A stretch of DNA of 64,000 bases, from positions 77,824 to 141,823 of the forward strand of contig JBMOHE010000002.1 in NCBI GenBank assembly GCA_049318005.1. Reading direction: 5' to 3'. The number at the start of each line of letters is the position of its first letter. Positions within the stretch are counted from its first letter, which is position 1. The notes beneath the pieces are model-generated. The model saw only the letters and a list, made by a program, of their open reading frames with translations. It did not search any database and was not told where the DNA came from. This stretch comes from Patescibacteria group bacterium. GTDB taxonomy: Bacteria > Patescibacteriota > Patescibacteriia > Patescibacteriales > UBA12465. Position numbers and translations under genes: made by a program. Positions 17,480 to 25,044 of the stretch are shown piece by piece.

Positions 17480-18151
17480 ATGAACAGAAAAAGTTTTTTT
17501 TCAGCTTCGCTAATTTTATTAGCTCTATTTATTGCCCTTCCCTTTTCTGCTTTCAGTCAAAACATAAAAGAAGCAAAAGTTTCTGACGGGATCTATATGG
17601 GGAAATATTATAATACTCCCATGTTTTATGAAGTTACTAAAAATGAAATTAAACCACTTGGTCTTTGTTTTCCGTATTTCGGAATAAAAATTGAAGATGA
17701 GACTGCTTTCTATCTACTTCTTGATCAACGATATTTTAAAAAATTTCTTTATTGCGAAAAGCTGGCGATAGAAAAAAGTGATTACGGAAAAGGCGAGATT
17801 AATACCAACAAAGAATTCATTGGCTTTCACTCTGGGCCACTGCTTGGCGACCAGCAATATCAAGATGGTATATTATTTGCTATCAAAGATACTCTCGATG
17901 GAAAAATGTTAATTACAATTTTGGACTTAACAAATTATAATTTCTATCAAACCATCGGAGTCGTAACCCCGGATAAAAGTCAGGGACTACACAGGAAACT
18001 GAACTTTGTTGTTAATGGAGAAATTAATAATTTCAAAGATGAAAATTGGGAAATCACCCTTAATCCAATTACCAACTATGTTTGGCGAGGAATATTTAAT
18101 GTCTACATAAATGGCGGATTACGCTTTGAAATCGAAGTAATTGATAATTAA
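17480..18151 (+). CDS. secreted hypothetical protein
   Basis: 223 aa; signal peptide [28 protein letters not shown]; no family recognised. Confidence 0.7.
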   Translation: MNRKSFFSASLILLALFIALPFSAFSQNIKEAKVSDGIYMGKYYNTPMFYEVTKNEIKPLGLCFPYFGIKIEDETAFYLLLDQRYFKKFLYCEKLAIEKSDYGKGEINTNKEFIGFHSGPLLGDQQYQDGILFAIKDTLDGKMLITILDLTNYNFYQTIGVVTPDKSQGLHRKLNFVVNGEINNFKDENWEITLNPITNYVWRGIFNVYINGGLRFEIEVIDN

Positions 18152-18163
18152 TAAGAACAATTC

Positions 18164-18192
18164 GGCCCTAGTTTAAAACTAAGGCCTTTTTT
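18164..18192 (+). terminator. rho-independent terminator
   Basis: GGCCCTAGTT-ttaa-AACTAAGGCC (one mismatch) followed by a T-run. Confidence 0.75.
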
Positions 18193-18210
18193 ATTACTTT
18201 TTTATAAGTA

Positions 18211-18239
18211 TTGACATATTAAAATAAATATGTTATACT
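18211..18239 (+). promoter_or_regulatory. strong promoter with -16 TRTG motif
   Basis: TTGACA, tattaaaATAAATATGt (17 nt), TATACT. Confidence 0.65.
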
Positions 18240-18286
18240 TATCTTAATTATTTGCGAACATTAACAACCCAAAAACATATAAGATA

Positions 18287-18424
18287 ATGGCTAAGTTCAA
18301 TGAAATAGCACTCGATCTCGTTTATTTACCTTTCACCATTTTGACGAGCGTATTCTTTGGAGTTAGATATATAATTAAAGAAATTAAATATATCTATAAA
18401 CATAAAAAATTAATAACAAAATAA
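18287..18424 (+). CDS. unannotated 45-aa single-TM micro-protein
   Basis: ATG at 18287, TAA at 18422-18424: MAKFNEIALDLVYLPFTILTSVFFGVRYIIKEIKYIYKHKKLITK. Below the ORF-track cutoff. Lies between the promoter and the lipoprotein gene. Confidence 0.45.
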   Translation: MAKFNEIALDLVYLPFTILTSVFFGVRYIIKEIKYIYKHKKLITK

Positions 18425-18459
18425 ATTATTATCCACTCACCAAAAAAAACAAGTTCATC

Positions 18460-19362
18460 ATGAAAAAAGTATTTTATTTTTTTGCGTTGCTTATTATGGC
18501 AACTTTCCTTTCTTGCGAATCGGCTATAAATGAGCCAACAATAACAAAAGAAAACATTAAAATTTTTATGTCCTACGCAACGCCTCAACAAAACGGGAGA
18601 ATGAATGCTAAAGGATCAAACAGCGAAACAACAAGCCGGCCAATAACCCCGGGCGACACAGTTGATGTCAGTGATCTGAAAAAAGTAAACATTATCTTGT
18701 CATCTGAAAATGAACAAGGATTTGGGCAAGAAGGTTTTTGGTTAATTATACCAATGGACCTTGAAATAAAAGCAAAAGATGCTTATATAGCAAATCCTCC
18801 TGTTTATGCTAGCGAAGGAGAATTAATCGCCGTGAAATTATCAATGCTTGGTTTATACAAAGCCACGTTTAGACAAAAAAATGGATTAGCGGAAATTAGT
18901 TTTTATATCAGACATACTGGCTTGCCAGGGGATATTGGTGACGGATTTGATAATGACTACATTTTCCGATTAGAAAAGAATGTCTTTCAAACTGCCGAAA
19001 CTGTTGGCAACTATCTGAAAAAAGGTTATTCCCTGTATATAAAATCTCCCGAAGGAGAATTTGATTTTATAAATGACGGAAAAGGACCTGGCGATCTTCA
19101 TGCTTTAGTATTTGGAGAAAACCAAACCTTTGTTACATCGAATGGCTTCCACGTAAGCGCAGCAAACTTTAAACTGGAAAGATGTAAATATTCAAAAGAT
19201 TATTTAAAACTTACTTTCTTTTCGGAAGATATCAGGCCAACAAAAGGTATATATGAAATAGTTTATTATGCCGGTAATTACGGAGATAACTGGTTTTCAT
19301 TTGATTCAGTCAACAGATCAAATTGGAATGTTAGCTACACAATAGCATTCAAAACATTCTAA
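18460..19362 (+). CDS. putative lipoprotein, unknown function
   Basis: 300 aa; MKKVFYFFALLIMATFLSC with a lipobox-like FLSC. Confidence 0.7.
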   Translation: MKKVFYFFALLIMATFLSCESAINEPTITKENIKIFMSYATPQQNGRMNAKGSNSETTSRPITPGDTVDVSDLKKVNIILSSENEQGFGQEGFWLIIPMDLEIKAKDAYIANPPVYASEGELIAVKLSMLGLYKATFRQKNGLAEISFYIRHTGLPGDIGDGFDNDYIFRLEKNVFQTAETVGNYLKKGYSLYIKSPEGEFDFINDGKGPGDLHALVFGENQTFVTSNGFHVSAANFKLERCKYSKDYLKLTFFSEDIRPTKGIYEIVYYAGNYGDNWFSFDSVNRSNWNVSYTIAFKTF

Positions 19363-19381
19363 AAATCTAAATTCACAATTC

Positions 19382-19419
19382 AAAAAGCCCCTGCTTAAAA
19401 ACTGGGGCCTTTTTATTTT
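19382..19419. terminator. bidirectional terminator between convergent genes
   Basis: AAAAA-GCCCC-tgcttaaaaact-GGGGC-CTTTTTATTTT. Confidence 0.7.
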
Positions 19420-19423
19420 CTAA

Positions 19424-22411
19424 CTATTTACCTTCTTTAATTTTATTTAAATCTGCGGTAGTAATTCCAAGAGATAAATATTTCATTATTTTATAAGCCG
19501 CTTCTCCGTCAGCCAAATAATATCTCTTTCCGTTATAAACATACCAAGCCTCACCGTTTCCTTGAACTTGAATTAATATCTTTCCTTCTAAACCTTTAGA
19601 GTAGGCGCTGCTGGTATTAGTTTTTCCTGCCCCTCTTGGATTGTAGCCAGTTTTAACCTCTTGGCTATCATGATACCCATCACCGTCTGTATCAGCCTTA
19701 TTCTTGTCCGTACCTAGTGATATTTCAGTTTTATCATCAAGTCCGTCGTTATCACTATCTACTCCCAAAACTCTATCTTCAATTCCGACTGGAATTTTAT
19801 TCAAATTTTCGTTAGTGATACCAAGTCCAAACTTTTTTAAGGCTCCATAGGCCGCATTACCATCGGCTAAATAATATCTATTCAAACTCTTTGAATCAAC
19901 ATACCAAGCCTTTCCGCCATCTTCAACTTGAAGCAAGATTTTTCCACTAAGTTTTTTAGTTAATTTAAGATCTTCTTTTGCTCCGGCAGGAGAATTCTTG
20001 GCTGCAGCCGCGTTGACCGCAGGCGCATTAGTATCGTTCTTACTTGAGATAGTTTGAGCAAGAGATGGGTTTCCGACACCCCAATAGAAACCTTTTAGCA
20101 TATTATTAAATTCCCCGACAGCCGCTGCATAATCTTTGTCATTTAAACCCAGGGTGTTTAGGCTAAAAATATAAAGATTATCATTTTTTCTAATTGTGTA
20201 AGAAATTTCGCGAACCACCACTTCGCCTGTGCTAATTTTTTGGAAAGAAGATTCAACTAAAATAACTTTATCTAGCTGACTATTAATTTTATTGTTAATA
20301 CTAGATTTTACAACATTAATCTTCGTGTTAGCACTATCACTTAGTTTATTGAGGCTAGTAACGGCAGTTTTTAATTGACTAAGAATAAGCTCATCGCTTA
20401 AATTTTTTATATCTTCCGTTTCTTTATTTACCTTAACTGAAACTTTTGTATTATTGCTTTTATTGTAAACAGTTAGGGGTTCGTTGCCGATATACTTTGG
20501 CATAATTACCCAGTTGCCAGAAGTATTAAGTGAGAAGCCGTAAGTAGGATTTTTATAACTATATTGAGAGTTAGGGACTGCGATTGAATGACCAAGAGTA
20601 ATGGATTTTATAGCCGCATCAACCAAAGATTTATCTTGGCTATTTTCTCCATAATCATATCCAACACTAATTAAATATGGTCCGTTACTTAGAAAATAGA
20701 AATTAATACTTTTGCCCTGCAAAGATGCTTTAACATTCCTTACTGGCACACCATTAATAGTTTCGATGCTATTACTTATAATATCTACTCCGCTTACTAT
20801 ACCCAAATCATAAAGCTGGCTTAAGGCATAATATAAAGACGCCTGACCAACTGCATATGGATATTTTGTTAAACCAATAGAAATTGAACCGCCGGCATCA
20901 TTAGCTCTTTCAGTAATATATAAAGATTCTTCTGAATCATATATAAATTCCCATGAACTAGGCCTCGTAATTGAAAGATTAACTTTATCCATTTTAAAAA
21001 TATTACTGGTGTTCGCTTGTTTTTTCTTCAATATAAAATTATTCAACGAGGACAATAGAGGATCTTCAGCGGAAATACTTCTAGTCTTATTAAAATCAAT
21101 CCATGACTTTAATGAATCAATGTTTATAATATAGCCCATGTCACTAATCAAATCAGAATATGCTCCGCTAGTAATCCCCACGAGCTCGCCTTTCATATTT
21201 ATAGCCGCTCCTCCAGAGCTGCCAAATGAAATAACCGCGTCTGTCTTCATCCAATCATGAGAATATTTATTTAATTTGCCACTAATAATTCCCTTGGTAA
21301 CCGTAATTGTGTCACCGCCAATCGCAGGAAATCCTAGGGCAACCACCTCATCATTAGTATTTGAAGAAGTAGTTGAAAAATTAATATACGGGAAAACTGT
21401 CAGACTAGATAACCCTGGGATTGACTCTATCTTAAGCAAAGCAATGTCTAATTTTTCATCTTTTGCAATTAATTTTGCCTTATAATTACAATCAGGCTCT
21501 TTATCGATAGCTGAATTTAAACAAATATTATATCCCGCAACTTCGTCAGCGCCATCGTAATTATCATCAACTGTCACAACGTGTGAATTTGTTAAAAGTA
21601 AACCATCGGGACTAATAATTACGCCTGAACCATAAGAAGTTTCCATTAACCCCTGGTCTTGATTAACGCCAATAGTCATAACTTTAGCAATCGCCCTGTA
21701 AACATCAGCTTTAGGCAAACTACTAAGACTAGCCGCGCCACTATTAGAAGAACTAATTACAGAAATAGTTGAAGAGCTATTTGAAGAATTTTGGACACTA
21801 ACTCCTGAACTAATTTCTAAAATAGGAACTCCTTCTGAGCCGGACGTAGAGTAATTAGCACAAGCGAATAATCCCTTGTGACTTGCCAGGGATGTATTTT
21901 CAACCTCTTTTCTTATTACAAAACCGTAATTAGTTGATGGATTACTTAACCATTCTTTAACAATGCTTGTTACATCAAATTCGTATTTATAAACCCCTTG
22001 ACTTACTACCTGAGCTTTAATACCAGTTGAAGAATAAGTTGGTTGAGAATTCCAAGTTACAGAATTTTCATTCCAACTACTTGTAACCTTATATAAAACA
22101 TAATTATCATCGTCGTCCCAAGAATTACTAACGCGATCCATCTTGAAAACCGCTTTATCAAACTGGGAAGCAGAGCTTAGCCCTGTTAAATTAATTTTTG
22201 CTAAATAACGAAATGAGTGACCGCCATAAGAACTCCAAGAACCAATGTCTCCGTATGTGCTACATTTTTGATATTCGCTCGCCTTGCCACTATCTATAAT
22301 ATTATCGCTACTAACTAAATAAGTATTTGTACTCGCCGAAGCATTTGAAGCTAAAAGTATGCAAGCAACAAACAGAATTAATGAGATATTAATTCCAAAG
22401 ATTTTTTTCAT
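19424..22411 (-). CDS. large secreted multidomain protein: DNRLRE-like beta-sandwich, trypsin-like (HtrA/S1C-type) serine protease, TSP3-like Ca-binding Asp repeats, two copies of a 55-aa C-terminal module
   Basis: 995 aa; signal peptide. WNENSVTWNSQP motif (aa about 113-124). Protease triad context: TNSHVV (H277), LDIALLKI (D322), GSSGGA (S399). DSDNDGLDDKTE...DTDGDGYHD. Confidence 0.8.
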   Translation of the reverse strand: MKKIFGINISLILFVACILLASNASASTNTYLVSSDNIIDSGKASEYQKCSTYGDIGSWSSYGGHSFRYLAKINLTGLSSASQFDKAVFKMDRVSNSWDDDDNYVLYKVTSSWNENSVTWNSQPTYSSTGIKAQVVSQGVYKYEFDVTSIVKEWLSNPSTNYGFVIRKEVENTSLASHKGLFACANYSTSGSEGVPILEISSGVSVQNSSNSSSTISVISSSNSGAASLSSLPKADVYRAIAKVMTIGVNQDQGLMETSYGSGVIISPDGLLLTNSHVVTVDDNYDGADEVAGYNICLNSAIDKEPDCNYKAKLIAKDEKLDIALLKIESIPGLSSLTVFPYINFSTTSSNTNDEVVALGFPAIGGDTITVTKGIISGKLNKYSHDWMKTDAVISFGSSGGAAINMKGELVGITSGAYSDLISDMGYIINIDSLKSWIDFNKTRSISAEDPLLSSLNNFILKKKQANTSNIFKMDKVNLSITRPSSWEFIYDSEESLYITERANDAGGSISIGLTKYPYAVGQASLYYALSQLYDLGIVSGVDIISNSIETINGVPVRNVKASLQGKSINFYFLSNGPYLISVGYDYGENSQDKSLVDAAIKSITLGHSIAVPNSQYSYKNPTYGFSLNTSGNWVIMPKYIGNEPLTVYNKSNNTKVSVKVNKETEDIKNLSDELILSQLKTAVTSLNKLSDSANTKINVVKSSINNKINSQLDKVILVESSFQKISTGEVVVREISYTIRKNDNLYIFSLNTLGLNDKDYAAAVGEFNNMLKGFYWGVGNPSLAQTISSKNDTNAPAVNAAAAKNSPAGAKEDLKLTKKLSGKILLQVEDGGKAWYVDSKSLNRYYLADGNAAYGALKKFGLGITNENLNKIPVGIEDRVLGVDSDNDGLDDKTEISLGTDKNKADTDGDGYHDSQEVKTGYNPRGAGKTNTSSAYSKGLEGKILIQVQGNGEAWYVYNGKRYYLADGEAAYKIMKYLSLGITTADLNKIKEGK

Positions 22412-22449
22412 ATTTTTTTTAAGAAATTATTTATATTAAAATTCAAGTT

Positions 22450-23049
22450 TTAAGCGCCAACAATAATCTTAAACAAAGTATTAACAACCGGCATAATAAT
22501 ATCTCCGGCTAACATAACAAACAAAATTACTAAAATAAATCCGTATTTCTCTAGTGATAGAAATTTATACTTAATTTTCTCAGGTAAAAAAGCGGCCAAA
22601 ATTTTTGAACCATCAAGCGGCGGTAATGGGACTAGATTAAATATCATTAAAACCAAATTAATATAAACTATTAAACTCACTAAACCTGTAAAAGTCAGAT
22701 TTACAATCGGAAAAAATCTTAAAAATAATCCAAAAAATAAAGCAATAATAAAATTACCCAAAGGACCGGCTAGAGCTACTTTAGCGTCGCCATATTTATG
22801 ATCTCGTAAATTATAAGGGTTGTATGGGACTGGTTTAGCCCAACCAAAAACAAAAGGCATATTAGTTACGATCATAACTAGCGGCAGGAAGAAAGATCCA
22901 AAAAATTCAAGATGAGCCAGTGGATTGAAGGTCAAACGACCAGCATCTTTTGCGGTAGAGTCCCCTAATCTATAGGCCATCCAGCCATGCATATATTCAT
23001 GAATAATAGCCGAAGAAATCAAAACGATTATTTGAAAAACGTATATCAT
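22450..23049 (-). CDS. site-2 protease family (peptidase M50-like) membrane metalloprotease
   Basis: 199 aa, multi-TM; HEYMHG (HExxH) and NLVPLPPLDG motifs. Confidence 0.8.
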   Translation of the reverse strand: MIYVFQIIVLISSAIIHEYMHGWMAYRLGDSTAKDAGRLTFNPLAHLEFFGSFFLPLVMIVTNMPFVFGWAKPVPYNPYNLRDHKYGDAKVALAGPLGNFIIALFFGLFLRFFPIVNLTFTGLVSLIVYINLVLMIFNLVPLPPLDGSKILAAFLPEKIKYKFLSLEKYGFILVILFVMLAGDIIMPVVNTLFKIIVGA

Positions 23050-23093
23050 ATTTATATATTATTTTCTTAATTCTAGAGATAGTTTAGCATAAC

Positions 23094-23122
23094 TTGATTA
23101 ATTTTAGAAATGCTGGTAGAAT
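23094..23122 (+). promoter_or_regulatory. putative rpmB promoter
   Basis: TTGATT, 17 nt (..gcTGg), TAGAAT. Confidence 0.5.
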
Positions 23123-23161
23123 AAAACCATTATTTAAGATGAATTTAAGTGAAGAATCAAT

Positions 23162-23464
23162 ATGGCAAAAAAATGCGATTTATGCAGCCGTAGCGCAACT
23201 AAAGGCGCTTCCCGCTCCCATTCTAAAATCAAAACTCTAAAAAGACAGAATATCAATCTTCAAACCAAAATGATTGAAGGCTTAAAGGCTAGAATCTGTA
23301 CTTCTTGTATGAGAACCATGGTTAAGCCAAAACGTGTTAAAGCTAAAAGAAAGCCGGCTCTAAAAGAAGGCGAAGTTAAGGCTTTAAAGGTTAAGAAGGC
23401 TGGTGCTAAAAGTGCTGCTAAAAAAATTAAAAAAGCAGCTGTTAGAGCTCCAAAAAAGAAATAA
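23162..23464 (+). CDS. rpmB: 50S ribosomal protein L28 (Cys4 form) with Lys-rich C-terminal extension
   Basis: 100 aa; MAKKCDLCSRSATKGASRSHSKIKTLKRQNINLQ matches the L28 N-terminus. CxxC...CxxC. The tail is KAKRKPALKEGEVKALKVKKAGAKSAAKKIKK... Confidence 0.85.
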   Translation: MAKKCDLCSRSATKGASRSHSKIKTLKRQNINLQTKMIEGLKARICTSCMRTMVKPKRVKAKRKPALKEGEVKALKVKKAGAKSAAKKIKKAAVRAPKKK

Positions 23465-23485
23465 ATTTTAAAAATTTTGATAAAA

Positions 23486-23515
23486 AAACCGCTTTATACT
23501 AGGGCGGTTTTTTTG
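23486..23515 (+). terminator. rho-independent terminator
   Basis: AAACCGC-tttatactagg-GCGGTTT followed by a T-run. Confidence 0.8.
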
Positions 23516-23523
23516 TTTCTCCG

Positions 23524-23552
23524 TTTACTTTTTAGTAATTTTAAGCTATATT
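23524..23552 (+). promoter_or_regulatory. putative promoter
   Basis: TTTACT, 17 nt, TATATT. Confidence 0.45.
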
Positions 23553-23583
23553 TTAATTAACACTTATTATTTAATTTAATTTT

Positions 23584-24384
23584 ATGTCGTTTGAAAAAGA
23601 GTCCGACTTTAAAAAAATAAATACTAGAAAAGAAATAATTGAAACTGAACTAAAAAATTTCGAAGCTGAGGTATTTGCTAAATTTCCTGAAGAAGATGCT
23701 AAAAAAATTAAAACCGCCCTTGAGTTCATGCTTAAAATCCATCTTCCTCAAAATGACAGAGCTGATGGTAGGCCATTCGCTAGTCATCCGCTAGCTGTAG
23801 CTGAAAAAATCATGAAAATGAGCGATAATCCAGAACTAGTAATCTCTGCCCTCATCCATGATAGCGTTGAAGATCAGGCTGACCAAATATTTATTGAAAG
23901 AATTAATCGAAAAAATTTAGGTGGCGGTTTAAAAATTAATATTGATGAAACTTTAAAAGAAAAATATAAATCCATTTTCGCGTCCTGGAGTTTTAAAGAA
24001 ATTGAAGATAGATTTGGAAGTAAAGTAAAATACTATACCGAGAACATGACTAATCATGATTATAATTCCCTAGCGGAAAATTTAAACTTAGAGGACGAAG
24101 AAAAAGAAAAATTTATCAATAAACTTTACGCCGAGCACATTGATAGCATTATGAATGATCCAGATTTATTAACTCTAAAATTAGCCGACCTCTCAACTAA
24201 TATCGACCTGCATTCTCTAAGTCCTGATAGTGAAAAATACAGGAAGCTGAAAAGAAAATATAAATCAGTTATCGAGGCGGTTATAAATAAATTAAGTAAT
24301 ATTTCTAGTGGTCTACCTATACATACGCAGAAGGATGAAATCATCGAAGAATTAACTAAAGTTTACGAGGAACAATATAAATAA
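23584..24384 (+). CDS. HD-domain protein, RelA/SpoT-type (p)ppGpp hydrolase-like
   Basis: 266 aa; GRPFASHPLAVAEKI...ISALIHDSVED matches the H...HD...ED SpoT/Mesh1 hydrolase pattern. No synthetase domain. Confidence 0.7.
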   Translation: MSFEKESDFKKINTRKEIIETELKNFEAEVFAKFPEEDAKKIKTALEFMLKIHLPQNDRADGRPFASHPLAVAEKIMKMSDNPELVISALIHDSVEDQADQIFIERINRKNLGGGLKINIDETLKEKYKSIFASWSFKEIEDRFGSKVKYYTENMTNHDYNSLAENLNLEDEEKEKFINKLYAEHIDSIMNDPDLLTLKLADLSTNIDLHSLSPDSEKYRKLKRKYKSVIEAVINKLSNISSGLPIHTQKDEIIEELTKVYEEQYK

Positions 24385-24394
24385 ACAGTTTAAA

Positions 24395-24425
24395 GAGACC
24401 GTTTCCATCAATCGGTCTTTTTTTA
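24395..24425 (+). terminator. rho-independent terminator
   Basis: AGACCG-tttccatcaat-CGGTCT followed by T8. Confidence 0.8.
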
Positions 24426-24454
24426 TATAAAAATTAGTCAAATATAGAGTATAC

Positions 24455-24483
24455 TTGACAAAGATTAATATATATGATATATT
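24455..24483 (+). promoter_or_regulatory. promoter with -16 TRTG motif
   Basis: TTGACA, aagattaatatatATGa (17 nt), TATATT. Confidence 0.6.
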
Positions 24484-24550
24484 ACTAGCATCGATATTTA
24501 AGGCGAATTGTGGAGAACAAACTCTGCTCTCGACCGGAGAATCGTAATGT

Positions 24551-25024
24551 ATGTACATTTATTTAAATAATTCACAAGAAATGCGTGACAACATGGTTGT
24601 CAACAATGATCCCGAAGCAACGGTTGATGGTCTAGAGTACAACGACACAGCCGTACATGTGTACTTAGCAATAAAGTACCCTTACGTTAAAACTGCAGAC
24701 ACAGAAGTTGAGGCTCTCATGAAAAATGACTGTTTAAAACATTATTTTATGAAGGCAGTGGATATCACGTTTCCGACCCTATACAATCCTCGTGAGTACG
24801 GAATCTATTTTTATGGAAAAGCCAAGGCCGAATTAAAATCCCATAAAAAAGATGCCGTTCGATTGAAAATTGAAACCAGCGAATTTATTGGCTTACCGGA
24901 CATGGTTACGCTTGAAGAAATGATTTGTGCCGGGACAATATTGCCAACCATTTCTTACGAAAAAAGACAGGTTCGCCGATATAAAATATTTCTGGCGAAA
25001 CTATTGAAAAAAGTTACGAAATGA
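24551..25024 (+). CDS. hypothetical protein (orphan)
   Basis: 157-aa ORF; GGAGA 9 nt upstream of the ATG; TGA stop at 25022-25024. By eye it is richer in G+C than its neighbours. No family recognised. Confidence 0.6.
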   Translation: MYIYLNNSQEMRDNMVVNNDPEATVDGLEYNDTAVHVYLAIKYPYVKTADTEVEALMKNDCLKHYFMKAVDITFPTLYNPREYGIYFYGKAKAELKSHKKDAVRLKIETSEFIGLPDMVTLEEMICAGTILPTISYEKRQVRRYKIFLAKLLKKVTK

Positions 25025-25044
25025 CATCGATTTTTGTTTTCATA

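Noticed and set aside
18287-18424. The micro-ORFs (18287-18424, 63145-63291) as type I toxin-antitoxin toxins.
   Set aside because: Size and hydrophobicity fit. However, both are co-transcribed with a downstream exported-protein gene, and I could not find a convincing antisense promoter or complementary sRNA. I kept them as findings, without the toxin claim.
19427-19990. The two similar about 165-nt segments in the 995-aa gene as a diversity-generating retroelement template/variable repeat pair.
   Set aside because: No reverse transcriptase gene is in the window. The copies differ at all base types, not adenine-specifically, and both are in-frame protein modules. This is an ordinary ancient domain duplication.
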